Virus record (IMG/VR): IMGVR_UViG_3300023276_001086
Location: 64,001 to 128,000 of that record
Length of the DNA stretch: 64,000 nucleotides
DNA from: a virus
Strand: one strand, 5' to 3'
Shown: piece by piece, positions 27,900-38,030 of the stretch
Layout: the number at the start of each line of letters is the position of its first letter
Position numbering within the stretch: the stretch's first letter is position 1
The notes under the pieces: generated by a model
Database searches by the model: none
Seen by the model: the letters and a program-made list of their open reading frames with translations, nothing else
Told to the model about the DNA's origin: nothing
Position numbers and translations under genes: made by a program

Positions 27900-28674
27900 C
27901 AGTATCCGTTCCTCCAAGCCGGCACTTGGCCAGCTCCCAGCAGTGGTCATAGAGATGAAGACCCTTCGACGCGGCGATGATCTCCCCAGGTGCCACACCG
28001 ATCTCGTCGGCCATGTACTCCTGGAGGTTGACGATGGCCGCCAGGTTGGCGGGGAAGCCGCCCCACAAGTCCCAGCTCCTGAAGTAGATGCAGAAGTGCA
28101 ACTTCTCCTCGTCCAACGACGGATAATCCTGGAATCGGTCTCCATCCGTCGCAGGGTAGACACGGCAGTCGATTTGGCGCAGGCAGGGCGGGTCCTCGAG
28201 GTGGATGTCGCTTGGCTGGGCGATGGTCATGCAGGCCTGGTTGTTGCCAAAGCTTCTCTTGAACTTCGCAATGACCTCTTCGACCTGGGGCGACATGCGC
28301 TGGAGCGAGTGCCCGAATTCGTGATAGGACGTCTCCGGCGATACTATCGGTGCCCAGGTCGGCCCAAAGAGTCGCTCTCCGTAGGTGTACTGCTCCCCCT
28401 CCTTCCTCTCATCCGTCATGAGGTACGGAAGGTACTGAGCAATGTAGTCGTCCTCGACGGGGTTCGGGATGTTGAGGTGCGGCGGGATGTCCGGCAGGAG
28501 CGGCCGGACGTGGGGGTGCGTGATATGGACAGTGATGTAGTCGAGCTCACGCCGTGTCTGCCCCTCGTAGCTCCCCTCAGTGATCTTGTAGTCGCGTCCT
28601 TGCTGATAGCAGGCGTCCACGCACTGGAACCACGCGTCAGGTAGATCCCGAGCTTCGATATTGATTGGTCTCAC
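27892..28674 (-). CDS. thyA: Thymidylate synthase (ThyA family)
   Basis: YTYGERL, PPCL, FRSWDLWGGFPAN, GLHLY. Confidence 0.9.
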   Translation of the reverse strand: MRPINIEARDLPDAWFQCVDACYQQGRDYKITEGSYEGQTRRELDYITVHITHPHVRPLLPDIPPHLNIPNPVEDDYIAQYLPYLMTDERKEGEQYTYGERLFGPTWAPIVSPETSYHEFGHSLQRMSPQVEEVIAKFKRSFGNNQACMTIAQPSDIHLEDPPCLRQIDCRVYPATDGDRFQDYPSLDEEKLHFCIYFRSWDLWGGFPANLAAIVNLQEYMADEIGVAPGEIIAASKGLHLYDHCWELAKCRLGGTDTDG

Positions 28675-29354
28675 TCTTCCTCCTTGGGCTCGAGCCGTTT
28701 GGCTAGATCCCGGATGGCGTCGCGGGCCTGGGGGTCCATGGCAGACACCACGTCAGCGGCTTCGTGGAGTATGTTGACGGCCTTGGCCAGCTGCACGTCT
28801 TCCTCACTCTCACCCTCGTCGTTGATGACCCGAAATGGTGGTAGATTCGGTACAGTTGGGCAGGCCAGACGGAGCTTTCTGAGGATCCTCTCCTTCAAAC
28901 GCTTACTGTCGCTGACGAAGATAGTCAGGGCGGTATCATCGATGAGCTCGATGATCGCGTCGATGGGCTGTTTTTCGATGAGCAGATCCTGGTCATGGGT
29001 GCAGAGCAGACACTCCTCTGACTCCATCCCCGGCCGCCACCAGTAGTGGGCCGGGCTCAACTCGCCGCCCATACCCCCAGTGTGCCACTTGTCCCACGGG
29101 ATGAGTTTCTCGGTACAGAACTCCTCGAGGACACGGCAATCCCCGTAGTTTTTCTCGTACTCGAACAGCGCGATGATACCGTCAACCCGATGCGCGAGAA
29201 GGTCGACCGGACCCTCTGGCAACCACTGCTCCTCCTTGCAGTAATCATCGTCAACGAAGATCTCCTCACGAATAATTGCGTCGCACAAGCGACTAGCCAG
29301 TGGCCTGCGAACGTCGCCACCAATCCAGAACTTCGTATGAATGTACTCTCCCAC
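28671..29354 (-). CDS. Hypothetical protein
   Basis: 227 aa; SD AAGGAG; promoter motif P6 upstream. Confidence 0.65.
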   Translation of the reverse strand: MGEYIHTKFWIGGDVRRPLASRLCDAIIREEIFVDDDYCKEEQWLPEGPVDLLAHRVDGIIALFEYEKNYGDCRVLEEFCTEKLIPWDKWHTGGMGGELSPAHYWWRPGMESEECLLCTHDQDLLIEKQPIDAIIELIDDTALTIFVSDSKRLKERILRKLRLACPTVPNLPPFRVINDEGESEEDVQLAKAVNILHEAADVVSAMDPQARDAIRDLAKRLEPKEEE

Positions 29355-29396
29355 TTCGATCTCCTTTTCAGCTAGAAGGGTTCCCTTCGCGTATCC

Positions 29397-29424
29397 CTTA
29401 TAACAATCTGAGCCCCATAATAGC
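29397..29424 (-). promoter_or_regulatory. Phage promoter motif P6 (degenerate)
   Basis: GCTATT-N14-GTTATAAG. Confidence 0.4.
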
Positions 29425-29441
29425 GGCGGATCTTGTGCGAG

Positions 29442-29549
29442 ATGGGCCCCCTAGGAGACAAGCTCGTCGAAAAACTGTACGAGGAGTTGACGCTAGAGAT
29501 GCTGGCGCTCGATGCGGCGAAGTCCTTCGCCGCGCCAACCGCTAGCTAG
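29442..29549 (+). CDS. Candidate 35-aa small protein
   Basis: MGPLGDKLVEKLYEELTLEMLALDAAKSFAAPTAS, followed by a hairpin and TCTCTTAGCT. Confidence 0.35.
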   Translation: MGPLGDKLVEKLYEELTLEMLALDAAKSFAAPTAS

Positions 29550-29606
29550 CTCAACGGTTCGCCTGCCTTGCCCTCTCTCCGGGGGCATTCTCTTAGCTGG
29601 TCATGA

Positions 29607-29640
29607 ACTAAAACAGGGCGCCTCCGAAGAGACGCCCTGT
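29607..29640 (-). terminator. Intrinsic terminator
   Basis: ACAGGGCGTCTC-TTCG-GAGGCGCCCTGT followed by TTTAGTT. Confidence 0.75.
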
Positions 29641-29672
29641 GAGATCAGGGGTGGGGGGGACGTTCCCTGACC

Positions 29673-30755
29673 TCAACCATCTGAGACTAGCATGGGTGGA
29701 TCTGCGGCAGCAATGGGGGCCGAGGTGGGTAGTTCTGGTGGGGGGTCTGATGGCACTTTGGTGTAGCCCATCTGCTTGCACACAGGGTCGATCTCACCCT
29801 CATTTGTGGGCCGACGCCAGAAGGCGTTGTGTGTTTTTGGTCCGGACGTGATCCGCGCAAGACCTCTCGCACACGCGACCCTGTCATCGCAAGAAGCCTT
29901 GCCACTCTCACACCGCCCACCCCAAGTGATCGGCCTGCCAGGAACCCACTCTAGTCGATGTCCTGGTCTGGAGATCTCTACGAGAGGGCGCTTTGAGATG
30001 AGCGCCTTGCCGAGCTCAACAGCGTAGGAGCAACGGCGGGAGCCGTATTGAGCATCCCAGCGGTCAAGCGCAGACTCTTGTGTGATCGACTTGTTCTGGC
30101 GACGTAGATAGTCGAGATAACCACCCGGCATCTCACAATCTGTCTCCAGGTTGCGTATCCAAGCTGCTCGAGCATTACGCAACGCATAGCCCTTCACGGC
30201 CATGATGTGGGGTTGTCCCCGCCTGAAGACTGAGAGCATTGTCTCACCGCTCTCATCACACTCAGTGATACGGCGAACGTGACCACGCTCACACCCACGA
30301 CGACGGATGTTGCGCAGCGACTGCCATATACCGACACAGTCCTGCGGGTTACCATCAGCCTCCGCAATACAGATCCGAAGAAACGCCGTGAGGGTCGATT
30401 GAACCGAATCCTCTTCGGGAACGTTCCAGGCTTTCCCCTGGGTCTCTGCCGGGCTTCCCCAAATGAACCGGCGAACCCGCCGCTTTGGCGGCGGCGGTAC
30501 TTCGGCCTGTTCCGCTACCTCTTCCCTGGGGGCGTTCAGACGTCTGTCGAACTCCTCCCTCTGCCTCTTGTTCTTCTCACTCCTGGCCTGTCGATTGGCG
30601 GCATACTGCGCCAGCAAAGCCGCACGTCCAGCTCGACGCTCCTCGAGACGGCCTTCCGCAGAAGCCTCGCCCTCGGTGCAACCAGCGAACGTGACAACCG
30701 CTACGGCAGCCACAGTCAGGGTGAACACGATGATCACTACACGGATGACGTTCAT
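29673..30755 (-). CDS. Exported Cys-rich protein, possible SleB-like cell wall hydrolase
   Basis: N-terminal hydrophobic signal ending FAGC (possible lipobox); FLRICIAEA...IWQSLRN resembles the SleB catalytic helix. Confidence 0.5.
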   Translation of the reverse strand: MNVIRVVIIVFTLTVAAVAVVTFAGCTEGEASAEGRLEERRAGRAALLAQYAANRQARSEKNKRQREEFDRRLNAPREEVAEQAEVPPPPKRRVRRFIWGSPAETQGKAWNVPEEDSVQSTLTAFLRICIAEADGNPQDCVGIWQSLRNIRRRGCERGHVRRITECDESGETMLSVFRRGQPHIMAVKGYALRNARAAWIRNLETDCEMPGGYLDYLRRQNKSITQESALDRWDAQYGSRRCSYAVELGKALISKRPLVEISRPGHRLEWVPGRPITWGGRCESGKASCDDRVACARGLARITSGPKTHNAFWRRPTNEGEIDPVCKQMGYTKVPSDPPPELPTSAPIAAADPPMLVSDG

Positions 30756-31025
30756 AGTCGTCCTCCTCTCCTCCCGGGCCCTGCGACCCGGCTATCCCTA
30801 TCCGAAGAGCAAATGACCGGCAAGGCCGGCAGCGGAGATCCCCGCTATGAAGCCCATCATGAATACGAAGGACCTGGTTATTGAGCGCCTCGTCCGACGA
30901 GGTACGTCAACAACGTTGCTCCACAATTCCAACTCCAACTCGGTCACGTCCTACCCCTAGCGCCGAAAGCGCCCCCACACTGTTCCTCACTTTACCACAC
31001 CGATCCCACCCACCTGATAGCGGCA

Positions 31026-31562
31026 TCAGGGGCGTCTCGTGATGCGGTCCTCGTCGACCAATGCCTCCATCTTCCCCCGCATAGTTGACGCCATGGCATG
31101 CACAGTTGGTTCATCGAGTCGTCTGTGCTGGAACTGCTTGAGTGGGTCGAGGATCTCGTGGAACAGCTCCTCGCCCAACTCATCAGCACCATCGAAGAGC
31201 CACAGCCTGGGGTTGATGACGATGTTGATCTCGGAGCCCTTGGTGATGATAGCGAAGCTCGGACAACGCTCCATACCATCGAACTGATAGTCCCGCTGCG
31301 CTGGCCCAGTCACATGCACGGTACTACGACGCTCAGCGGCAGCGACCAGCCCTACGAGAGCGTGGATGGTGTTGTGCGCCTCTTCCTCAAACTCATCGCC
31401 AGTGAGCTCCATGGACTCTTCGTGCCATCGAGATTGGAGCCTCTGGGCCTCAACTAGGTACGTCGTCGGAGCCCCCCGTTCCGCCTTCCGCGTGAATCTT
31501 GGGGGATCTTGAATCATCACTGCCGACAACTCCGAACTCTTCTTTGATTCTCTCTCGCTCAT
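31026..31562 (-). CDS. Hypothetical protein
   Basis: 178 aa. Confidence 0.6.
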   Translation of the reverse strand: MSERESKKSSELSAVMIQDPPRFTRKAERGAPTTYLVEAQRLQSRWHEESMELTGDEFEEEAHNTIHALVGLVAAAERRSTVHVTGPAQRDYQFDGMERCPSFAIITKGSEINIVINPRLWLFDGADELGEELFHEILDPLKQFQHRRLDEPTVHAMASTMRGKMEALVDEDRITRRP

Positions 31563-31884
31563 CCTCGCTCAAATCCTTTCCCATCAATTCCTCTAGGGGC
31601 ATGACGGTGGGCCGATACCGTATGTCAAACCAGTCCTGGAACGATATCGCTACCCCATTGTCGTAGTACGTCCCCATCTCATGCAGCAGCACCTCGAGGG
31701 TCATGCGTCGGTCTTCATGGAACTGCTCAACGTTAGTCATGGCCACGTAACTCCGAGAACCCGGCGGGTAGTACGAGCCTGCGCTCTTCTGCGCATCCCT
31801 CGTGCTCGAAATGGCTCGACGCAGAGCGTTGATGTACGTGGCGGTCGCCTTCTGAAGCTCATCCCTGATGTAGTCTTCGCTCAC
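31450..31884 (-). CDS. Hypothetical protein
   Basis: 144 aa. Confidence 0.6.
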   Translation of the reverse strand: MSEDYIRDELQKATATYINALRRAISSTRDAQKSAGSYYPPGSRSYVAMTNVEQFHEDRRMTLEVLLHEMGTYYDNGVAISFQDWFDIRYRPTVMPLEELMGKDLSEDERERIKEEFGVVGSDDSRSPKIHAEGGTGGSDDVPS

Positions 31885-32050
31885 ATCGCCTCCAGTCGCT
31901 CCTTGATCTTCCGCAGCTGTTCAGCGAGATCGAAGAAGGCCGCCTCATCATATCCCTGATCGATCATCGCTTCACGCTCGGTCTTCAACGCCTCCAACTC
32001 TGCGACCAGGGCCCAAAGTGCTGCGTCCATCCTGATAGCGGCCTCCCCCC

Positions 32051-32737
32051 TCACACCCCCTCCGTATCCAGAATCGTCCAAGCAGCCTTCAGGCCATCGA
32101 TGAAGGCGCCGTGTTCGCCGTGCTCCTGCTGATCGGATGAGTCTAGGGAATCCCACTCCGCATCCCGCTGATTCCAATTCTCGCGGTTCGTCGCGATGGT
32201 CTTCTTGAGCGTCTCCATGCGATGCCTGCGATCACTGGCGTCGTTCTGGTGCCGCCGGGTGACCGCCATCGAGCTCTCGTTGAGCTCATGGAGGCGCTTG
32301 TTCTTCTTCTCGAGCTCGTGGGTCTGCTGAACGAAGTCGAGAACCGCTCGCTCGAGTGCTAGAACCCGATTTGATAACACCGCTCCAGAATCATCGACTC
32401 CGTCATCGCCTTCTCGATTGGGTGCTCGCTCAACTCCTGCTCGTTCCGCCCTATCTGCGCCCAGAATGTCGGCTCCATACAATCGTCCGTCAGATCCTCC
32501 GCCAGATACACCAGGAGCTCCTTCTCCAGCCCCGTCTTTGGGTCGTCCAGGTTCATGATCCACATGTCGCCCACTTCCGGTCTCTTCCCCGGCATCATTC
32601 ATCTGCCCACCCTTCTCGATCTCGTATTCGTGCTTCTTCCCCAAAACGTAGGCAACCCGTTCGATAGCTGCGATGAGTGCGGGCAGCTGTCCATTGAAGA
32701 ACCGGTGTCCATACCCCGTCTCGTGGAACTGGATCAT
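32051..32737 (-). CDS. Hypothetical protein (overlaps a nested ORF 32359..32598)
   Basis: Start moved to MIQFHETGYG. Confidence 0.5.
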   Translation of the reverse strand: MIQFHETGYGHRFFNGQLPALIAAIERVAYVLGKKHEYEIEKGGQMNDAGEETGSGRHVDHEPGRPKDGAGEGAPGVSGGGSDGRLYGADILGADRAERAGVERAPNREGDDGVDDSGAVLSNRVLALERAVLDFVQQTHELEKKNKRLHELNESSMAVTRRHQNDASDRRHRMETLKKTIATNRENWNQRDAEWDSLDSSDQQEHGEHGAFIDGLKAAWTILDTEGV

Positions 32738-33822
32738 GACATGTCTTCTTTCATGCGGAACCCGAGCCCCACAGGGAACCGGACACAGCCGCTGTCGTAG
32801 AGCCCAAAGTACTCGACCTTGAGCCACTGTCCGATGTACCCATCAGCCTCCTCGAGCATCTCCTTGCGCTGGGCCTTGGTACCCTTGGGCGCAACGTCGA
32901 ACTCAATGCCGTTGTCCATGACGCACCTAAAGACGGGCACGTCCTTGAACTTGCCGACACCCGGCTGCCATCCGATGACCTTGAACTCAGCGTCCTGGAA
33001 GATCTTGACCTTCAGGAGCTCGTCTGACCGATACCCGAAGAGGTATTTGCCGTGGAGCATTCTGACGATGGCCCCCTCGTAACCGTCCCTGACAAACACA
33101 TCGTGCAAATTGGTTACGGCCTCCTCTGTCCCGGCGCTGAAGGTCCGCACGGTCTCCAACGACGGAAGGCCGTACTCCTCAAACCACTGGAGCCACTCGT
33201 AACGCTTACTCCACGGGAGGTCGAGATCATTCATGTCCAGCACATCGTAGACATGCAGTTTGACGTTCGTTGTTTCCGGACGGAGCTTCTTCACCCACGA
33301 GGTGATGGTCTGAAAAGATTCGCCGTGGACGTAGAGCTCACCGTCGAGAACCAGGTTGTCAGCCAGATCCAGATCTTCCAGCTCCTTGAGGATGTGTGGG
33401 CAATTCAACGGTTTGCCGGATCTCGACGTGAGCTCGAGTTTACCGTTGAACCTCTGAGCCAAGCACCGGATCCCATCCAGCTTCGGCTGAACATGGACCG
33501 GGTAGACTACCTTCTTCCTACGGTCAGCGAACTTCTTCGCCAACATCGGTAGCGGCAGAGGCTCCATGGCCTCCTCCACTGTTCGCCTGTATTTACGGTC
33601 CAATTTGTTCTGCCACATCGACTTGGCCTCGAGCAGTGCCTGCTCCTCCGCCGTAGTCTCGTTGGCCCGACCGACGTTCTTTGGCTTAGCTTCCTTCGCA
33701 GCCAGCTGCTTCTTGCCTAGATCCGTTCCATACTCAGTGTGGATGACGGATCCGGTTGTCCAGATCTTCCAACTGAAGATCTTGTCCTTCTTGCCTAGGT
33801 GGTACAGGGTAGGTAGCTCCAT
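32734..33822 (-). CDS. lig: ATP-dependent DNA ligase
   Basis: PMLAK, QPKLDGIR, LDGELY, YEGAIVR, LLKVK, RFPV. Confidence 0.95.
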   Translation of the reverse strand: MELPTLYHLGKKDKIFSWKIWTTGSVIHTEYGTDLGKKQLAAKEAKPKNVGRANETTAEEQALLEAKSMWQNKLDRKYRRTVEEAMEPLPLPMLAKKFADRRKKVVYPVHVQPKLDGIRCLAQRFNGKLELTSRSGKPLNCPHILKELEDLDLADNLVLDGELYVHGESFQTITSWVKKLRPETTNVKLHVYDVLDMNDLDLPWSKRYEWLQWFEEYGLPSLETVRTFSAGTEEAVTNLHDVFVRDGYEGAIVRMLHGKYLFGYRSDELLKVKIFQDAEFKVIGWQPGVGKFKDVPVFRCVMDNGIEFDVAPKGTKAQRKEMLEEADGYIGQWLKVEYFGLYDSGCVRFPVGLGFRMKEDMS

Positions 33823-33837
33823 CTCACTCCCTTTCAG

Positions 33838-34614
33838 TTACTGGGACAGAAAATCGCGTAGTTCGATCACAACACCTTCGCGCCACTTCGTCTGCTGAAC
33901 CGGTGATCCGTCGCTGTGTGCCTTGCCGACGTCGAGCAGAACCGCGAAGTCCTTGCCCCATTCGGAGATTGTCCACGTAAGGCGATCTCTGCGGTCCCGT
34001 CCGGAAGTGTGCAGGCCCATCTCCTCAAAGCACCTATTGACCGCCCGAGGGTTCAGGCCCACCATCTCCCCAATCTCGGTGGCGGTCAGATACCTCTCCT
34101 GGTGGTCGCTGAGTAGATTCGTTCCACCGAGAATCTCGGGGATATCGAGGTCGTACCTACGCTTGATCGTCTTGTTGGCGGTCAAGATAGCCTGGTTGCC
34201 TCGATACCCGTTGCGCTCGGCCAGAGCTCGGGCCGTATCCCACGCGGGCAGGATGGTTGGGAAGTAGTCGAGTTCTTCTGGCGTTGCAGAGAACTGCCCG
34301 GTCCTCCTGATCGTCGGTAGTACCACCTCGAACACCCAGTCCATGAACCGCTCGGCGCCGGGGAGACGAGAGCGGCTGATCAGCCTGTAGACATCGGGCT
34401 CTTGGATGACTTTCGTCTGCTGAACCCCCCGTCGAATCGACGGGACATCGACCAACACCGCATTTTTGCAGTGTTTTCTGGTCGCCTGATCGGTATCGCT
34501 GTACCCCAGGGCCACCGCTACGTCTTTGGCGACAAACCAAGGCTCATCGTCGATTGTGAGGGTACGGACCTGTCCGAACTCCTCGTGCTCGAACACCTCG
34601 ATCGCTGTGTTCAC
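33838..34614 (-). CDS. BRO-N domain antirepressor-like protein
   Basis: FGQVRT...PWFVAKDVAVALGY...WVFEVVLPTIRRTG. Confidence 0.9.
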   Translation of the reverse strand: MNTAIEVFEHEEFGQVRTLTIDDEPWFVAKDVAVALGYSDTDQATRKHCKNAVLVDVPSIRRGVQQTKVIQEPDVYRLISRSRLPGAERFMDWVFEVVLPTIRRTGQFSATPEELDYFPTILPAWDTARALAERNGYRGNQAILTANKTIKRRYDLDIPEILGGTNLLSDHQERYLTATEIGEMVGLNPRAVNRCFEEMGLHTSGRDRRDRLTWTISEWGKDFAVLLDVGKAHSDGSPVQQTKWREGVVIELRDFLSQ

Positions 34615-34877
34615 ATTTCCTCCTCAGAGCTACCGCCGTGTTTCACGGCCCTAGCCGCTTTTGCGAACTCTTTACGGAAGAACTCCTTACCGCTCACGCA
34701 CTCGTTGATGTGGTCATAGAAGTCCTTGGTGATGCAGTAAGCTCCGCAGCCCGGGCACTGCCAAGGACCAATGCCCGAGGCGGAGCCGGGTTTGATCTGA
34801 CTTGCCGCCACATAGGCGGACCAGATGAACTCCCAATCCGCCCGGCCGATTGCGTCGTCGAACTCTTTTCGATTCAT
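34611..34877 (-). CDS. Small zinc-binding protein (paralogous N-terminus with 56097..56408)
   Basis: MNRKEFDDAIGRADWEFIWSA; CPGC. Confidence 0.6.
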   Translation of the reverse strand: MNRKEFDDAIGRADWEFIWSAYVAASQIKPGSASGIGPWQCPGCGAYCITKDFYDHINECVSGKEFFRKEFAKAARAVKHGGSSEEEM

Positions 34878-34925
34878 GCCGCGTAACTCTCCTCTCACGC
34901 TAGATTTGTGGTCAGCGCTGTGGAC

Positions 34926-34961
34926 CTTATGCCCTTTTCGGGCGTGTTTTCTCAACTAAAG
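34926..34961 (-). promoter_or_regulatory. End motif plus promoter P7
   Basis: CTTTAGTT, then GAGAAA-N14-GGCATAAG. Confidence 0.55.
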
Positions 34962-35510
34962 TATTGGTGTCTGGGAGAGCGGAGCTACCTTCTCAGCAGC
35001 AGCAGCGTCAGCTGAAGGCGGGCACATAATTGGGGGTGGGCACATCGGACAGGTCGGGCAGGGACAGTCTTCTCCGCAGTCAGTCTCGGCGCACGGCGGG
35101 CACGCCTCAATAATCTCAATACCATCGTTGGTCTTGACCTGAATACGCTCTGGGGCTCGGTACTCATCAGGTTTGTGTGCGCCACTACTGGTTGACGAGC
35201 CCACCAATCTCCCGAAACTCGAAATGTTCTCTGACGATGCCCCGACGAAAATGATGTACATGGTCGCCGGCACGACAATAGCGAGAGCGAAGCACACTGC
35301 CGCGATCTCGAGCATTGCCTGACGGCCGGAGGCAGGCCACTTGACGATGACGCTGCCTCCGACCCAGGGGAACGCGATGTTGAATGTGCCGCGGACCGCA
35401 GTTTTGTTGGTCCACGCCGAGAACTTCTCCACGGACTCTGGCACGCCAGGGAAGGACTCGTTTTCGAGATCTCCCTCTTCGACGTCTTCGATCGATGTGT
35501 CATCAGCCAT
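34956..35510 (-). CDS. Membrane protein with Cys/Pro-rich C-terminus
   Basis: One TM segment; CPPC...CPCPTCPMCPPPIMCPP; downstream of the amidase. Confidence 0.6.
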   Translation of the reverse strand: MADDTSIEDVEEGDLENESFPGVPESVEKFSAWTNKTAVRGTFNIAFPWVGGSVIVKWPASGRQAMLEIAAVCFALAIVVPATMYIIFVGASSENISSFGRLVGSSTSSGAHKPDEYRAPERIQVKTNDGIEIIEACPPCAETDCGEDCPCPTCPMCPPPIMCPPSADAAAAEKVAPLSQTPIL

Positions 35511-35529
35511 GCGCCGATGATATCAGAGC

Positions 35530-35928
35530 CTATTCCTCCTGTTCGGCCTCGAGCGTCTCCAACAGGCCAGTCCGGTTATTGAGCACATTTCGGGCGAGGG
35601 TGCTCATGATATCGTGAGCAAGGCACCCGCCGGCGATGATGTTCAGCGCGCGATGGTAGAGACTCGTCAGTGGGGGGAGCTTGACGCTGCCGTCCCACAA
35701 GACCGACTCACCATCACGGCGTAGCTGCATGACAGTTGAGCGAAGATCCGCAGCCAAACGAGGGATATCGTCCTCGACCATCTCCGCGTAAACCAGCACG
35801 GCAGCCTGAGACGCTCGGGCGTGCGCCCTGTTGCTCGAGTTGAGTTTCAGGACGAAGAACATCCCGTTGCGGTCAGCGGGGGTACCATCGGCCTTCGTCA
35901 CTCGGTATTTGCGTCTGAGGCCTGCCAT
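35530..35928 (-). CDS. Hypothetical protein
   Basis: MAGLRRKYRVTKADG...FFVLKL. Confidence 0.6.
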   Translation of the reverse strand: MAGLRRKYRVTKADGTPADRNGMFFVLKLNSSNRAHARASQAAVLVYAEMVEDDIPRLAADLRSTVMQLRRDGESVLWDGSVKLPPLTSLYHRALNIIAGGCLAHDIMSTLARNVLNNRTGLLETLEAEQEE

Positions 35929-36842
35929 CAGTACCTCCCGACACCACGTGGGTCCCAATCTCTGGGAACGGGCTGACCCTTGCCAATGGTCCGAGCCGGC
36001 TCAGTCTTCAGACCTAGAATGGGTACAGCGTAGCCAAGTACAACAGTTCTCCACAGCTCCTCACCTGGATCATCCCGTCGGGTGTTCGAGCTCTGACGAT
36101 GAGCGTGGATATACTCGATGGGCATCCCCATCTCGCGACCCTCAACGACCATAAGCTCGATGGCTGCGCAAGCACTGCGAATGACCTCGGGGGTAACCTT
36201 GGTGGGCTTCTTGTTGTTCCAGGTCTTGCCGCCCTCGGCGCCGGGATAGTTGCCATCGATCTCGAGCCCGAGCTCAAACGCGTTGAACCCGTTGCCGTGG
36301 TAGACGTAGTCCTCCAGGTTGTTGGGCCAGGCGATGAAGCCCTTGTGGAACGCCATCACGTGACAGGCCACCCTCAGTGACCGTCTGGCGAGAGCCAACT
36401 CAGCGTCACCGCCCGCAGCCTGAATCTGGTAGGGCACCACACCGTACTTAGCGGCCGTCTGGTGGATCGTGATCCCGGTAACTTGAGCCGGATCCCTAAC
36501 GACAGGCACACCACCATGTCGTTTGAACTTCTTGGCCACTCGATCTTCCCAGGGCTCTTCGCGAAGGTCATAGCACTTGACCCCCTCGTACCGACGAGTC
36601 GGAATACCGGGCACTGACGGGTCCTCGGGGGCATCCCACCCAAGTGCGTCGAGGGTTTCGTCGGAAATGACTCCATCGTTCGCAGCTCTGGAGAGGCCCT
36701 TCTCGAACTGAAAGCTCCTGACAGCTGCCAACGTCTCTTGGCCGTAGTCGCCATCAGCATCGTACTTCGGCAGCTTTTGTCCACTGGCCAGCAGGCTCTC
36801 CTGCATCTCCTGAACGTCAGCTCCCTTGTCGCCCAGTCTCAT
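35928..36842 (-). CDS. Endolysin: peptidoglycan-binding domain plus Zn amidase (Amidase_2-like)
   Basis: LGDKGADV..MQ...DGDYG.ET..AVRSFQ; ITIHQT, HGNGFN, HAHRQ, DPG. Confidence 0.85.
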   Translation of the reverse strand: MRLGDKGADVQEMQESLLASGQKLPKYDADGDYGQETLAAVRSFQFEKGLSRAANDGVISDETLDALGWDAPEDPSVPGIPTRRYEGVKCYDLREEPWEDRVAKKFKRHGGVPVVRDPAQVTGITIHQTAAKYGVVPYQIQAAGGDAELALARRSLRVACHVMAFHKGFIAWPNNLEDYVYHGNGFNAFELGLEIDGNYPGAEGGKTWNNKKPTKVTPEVIRSACAAIELMVVEGREMGMPIEYIHAHRQSSNTRRDDPGEELWRTVVLGYAVPILGLKTEPARTIGKGQPVPRDWDPRGVGRY

Positions 36843-37261
36843 TTTTCCTCCATTTCAGCGCCCACGAGCTCCTCGAGATACGCCACGCGCTGACGCAACG
36901 AGACTTCATCCTTCGGAGTCGCAGGCGGGTCGCCTTCCTTGAAAGAGAGCCACCCGTTTTCCATCAGCCACTCCTTGGTGGCAGTCAGTTGGAACAATGG
37001 TTCGTGCACCTCAGCTTGCCCAGTCCCGTTACCGGGCACGACCCAGGCGAAGTAGGGGATACGGTCTTCGTGAGCGAGCGCCTTGACGTCATCCCCGCTG
37101 AGAGGGCAATGAAACTTCTCGAGCTTCTCAGCCAGCTCGTCTGCCGTAATTAGGTTTATCGGCATGCTCTTCTTCAACATCACGCACCGCCCCATTTCTC
37201 TCTCGCTGTGCCAGCCGCCTGTAGCGCCTGGTCGTAACTGAGGCCCTTGCCCGCAAACCAT
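36839..37261 (-). CDS. Possible excisionase-like HTH protein
   Basis: LITADELAEKL...ALAHEDRIPY; true start probably near 37180. Confidence 0.4.
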   Translation of the reverse strand: MVCGQGPQLRPGATGGWHSEREMGRCVMLKKSMPINLITADELAEKLEKFHCPLSGDDVKALAHEDRIPYFAWVVPGNGTGQAEVHEPLFQLTATKEWLMENGWLSFKEGDPPATPKDEVSLRQRVAYLEELVGAEMEEK

Positions 37262-37644
37262 CCGAGCGCGAGATCGAACTCATCGAGGACATGCTCCTCA
37301 TCGATTCCCTCTCGGTACGCCTCGAACTCGCCCCACCAAGTAGAGAAGTCCGTGAGATTCTCTGCCTCGTAGGGGATGATAAGCTCGGCGAGGATTTGTT
37401 GAAGGACCGGGTTGATCTCCGCCATAGCTTGTCCCACGTCGATGAACGGTATAGCCGTCTTGACGACCACGAATTGGAGTGCCGAAGTGGCCGCCATGTA
37501 GACACGCTCGAACAGCTTCTCACGGTCCACGCTACACCGACCGTTCATAACCAGGTCGCTGTTGTACTTGCGCTCCTTCGCGAGCTCCTCGTTGAGTGCG
37601 GCGTTGCGCTCCCGCAGGTCCTCAATCACCTTCTCGTCAACCAT
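37180..37644 (-). CDS. Hypothetical protein
   Basis: 154 aa. Confidence 0.6.
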   Translation of the reverse strand: MVDEKVIEDLRERNAALNEELAKERKYNSDLVMNGRCSVDREKLFERVYMAATSALQFVVVKTAIPFIDVGQAMAEINPVLQQILAELIIPYEAENLTDFSTWWGEFEAYREGIDEEHVLDEFDLALGWFAGKGLSYDQALQAAGTAREKWGGA

Positions 37645-37957
37645 CCCACATGTCCTCCCAGGCTATCTGCAACCCGCCAATCAGGTAGCAGTGGCCAGCT
37701 TCCCGCACAATCTTCCAATCGTGCTCACAGTATTCACAGATCTTGTAGTGCCACCAGCTCCCGTCAGAGAGGCTGGTGATGTAGACGTATTCATCTCCCT
37801 TCTCTATCTTTTCTCTGCACTCGTAGCACACGTGCTCTTTGCGAGCCTTGCGCTTCCGCTCATCCCAGACATCGCTCGGGTCGTAGTCGCAGTAGCAGCT
37901 CACTTCCCCCACCGGGCACTGGGCACCTGGAGACCCGTCGTCTTCCAGATGCCCCAC
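37637..37957 (-). CDS. Zinc-finger phage protein
   Basis: ARKEHVCYEC...KICEYC. Confidence 0.65.
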   Translation of the reverse strand: MGHLEDDGSPGAQCPVGEVSCYCDYDPSDVWDERKRKARKEHVCYECREKIEKGDEYVYITSLSDGSWWHYKICEYCEHDWKIVREAGHCYLIGGLQIAWEDMWDG

Positions 37958-38030
37958 TCAACCAGGACAACACCCAGCAAGAGCACCTTGACCCAGTTCG
38001 GGCCGGGCAACTCAAACATCCCTCTACTTC

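Noticed and set aside
32051-32737. Nested gene pair as a special dual-coding system
   Set aside because: Long C-terminal overlaps are common throughout this window; the middle of the long ORF is probably read-through across the 32359..32598 gene.
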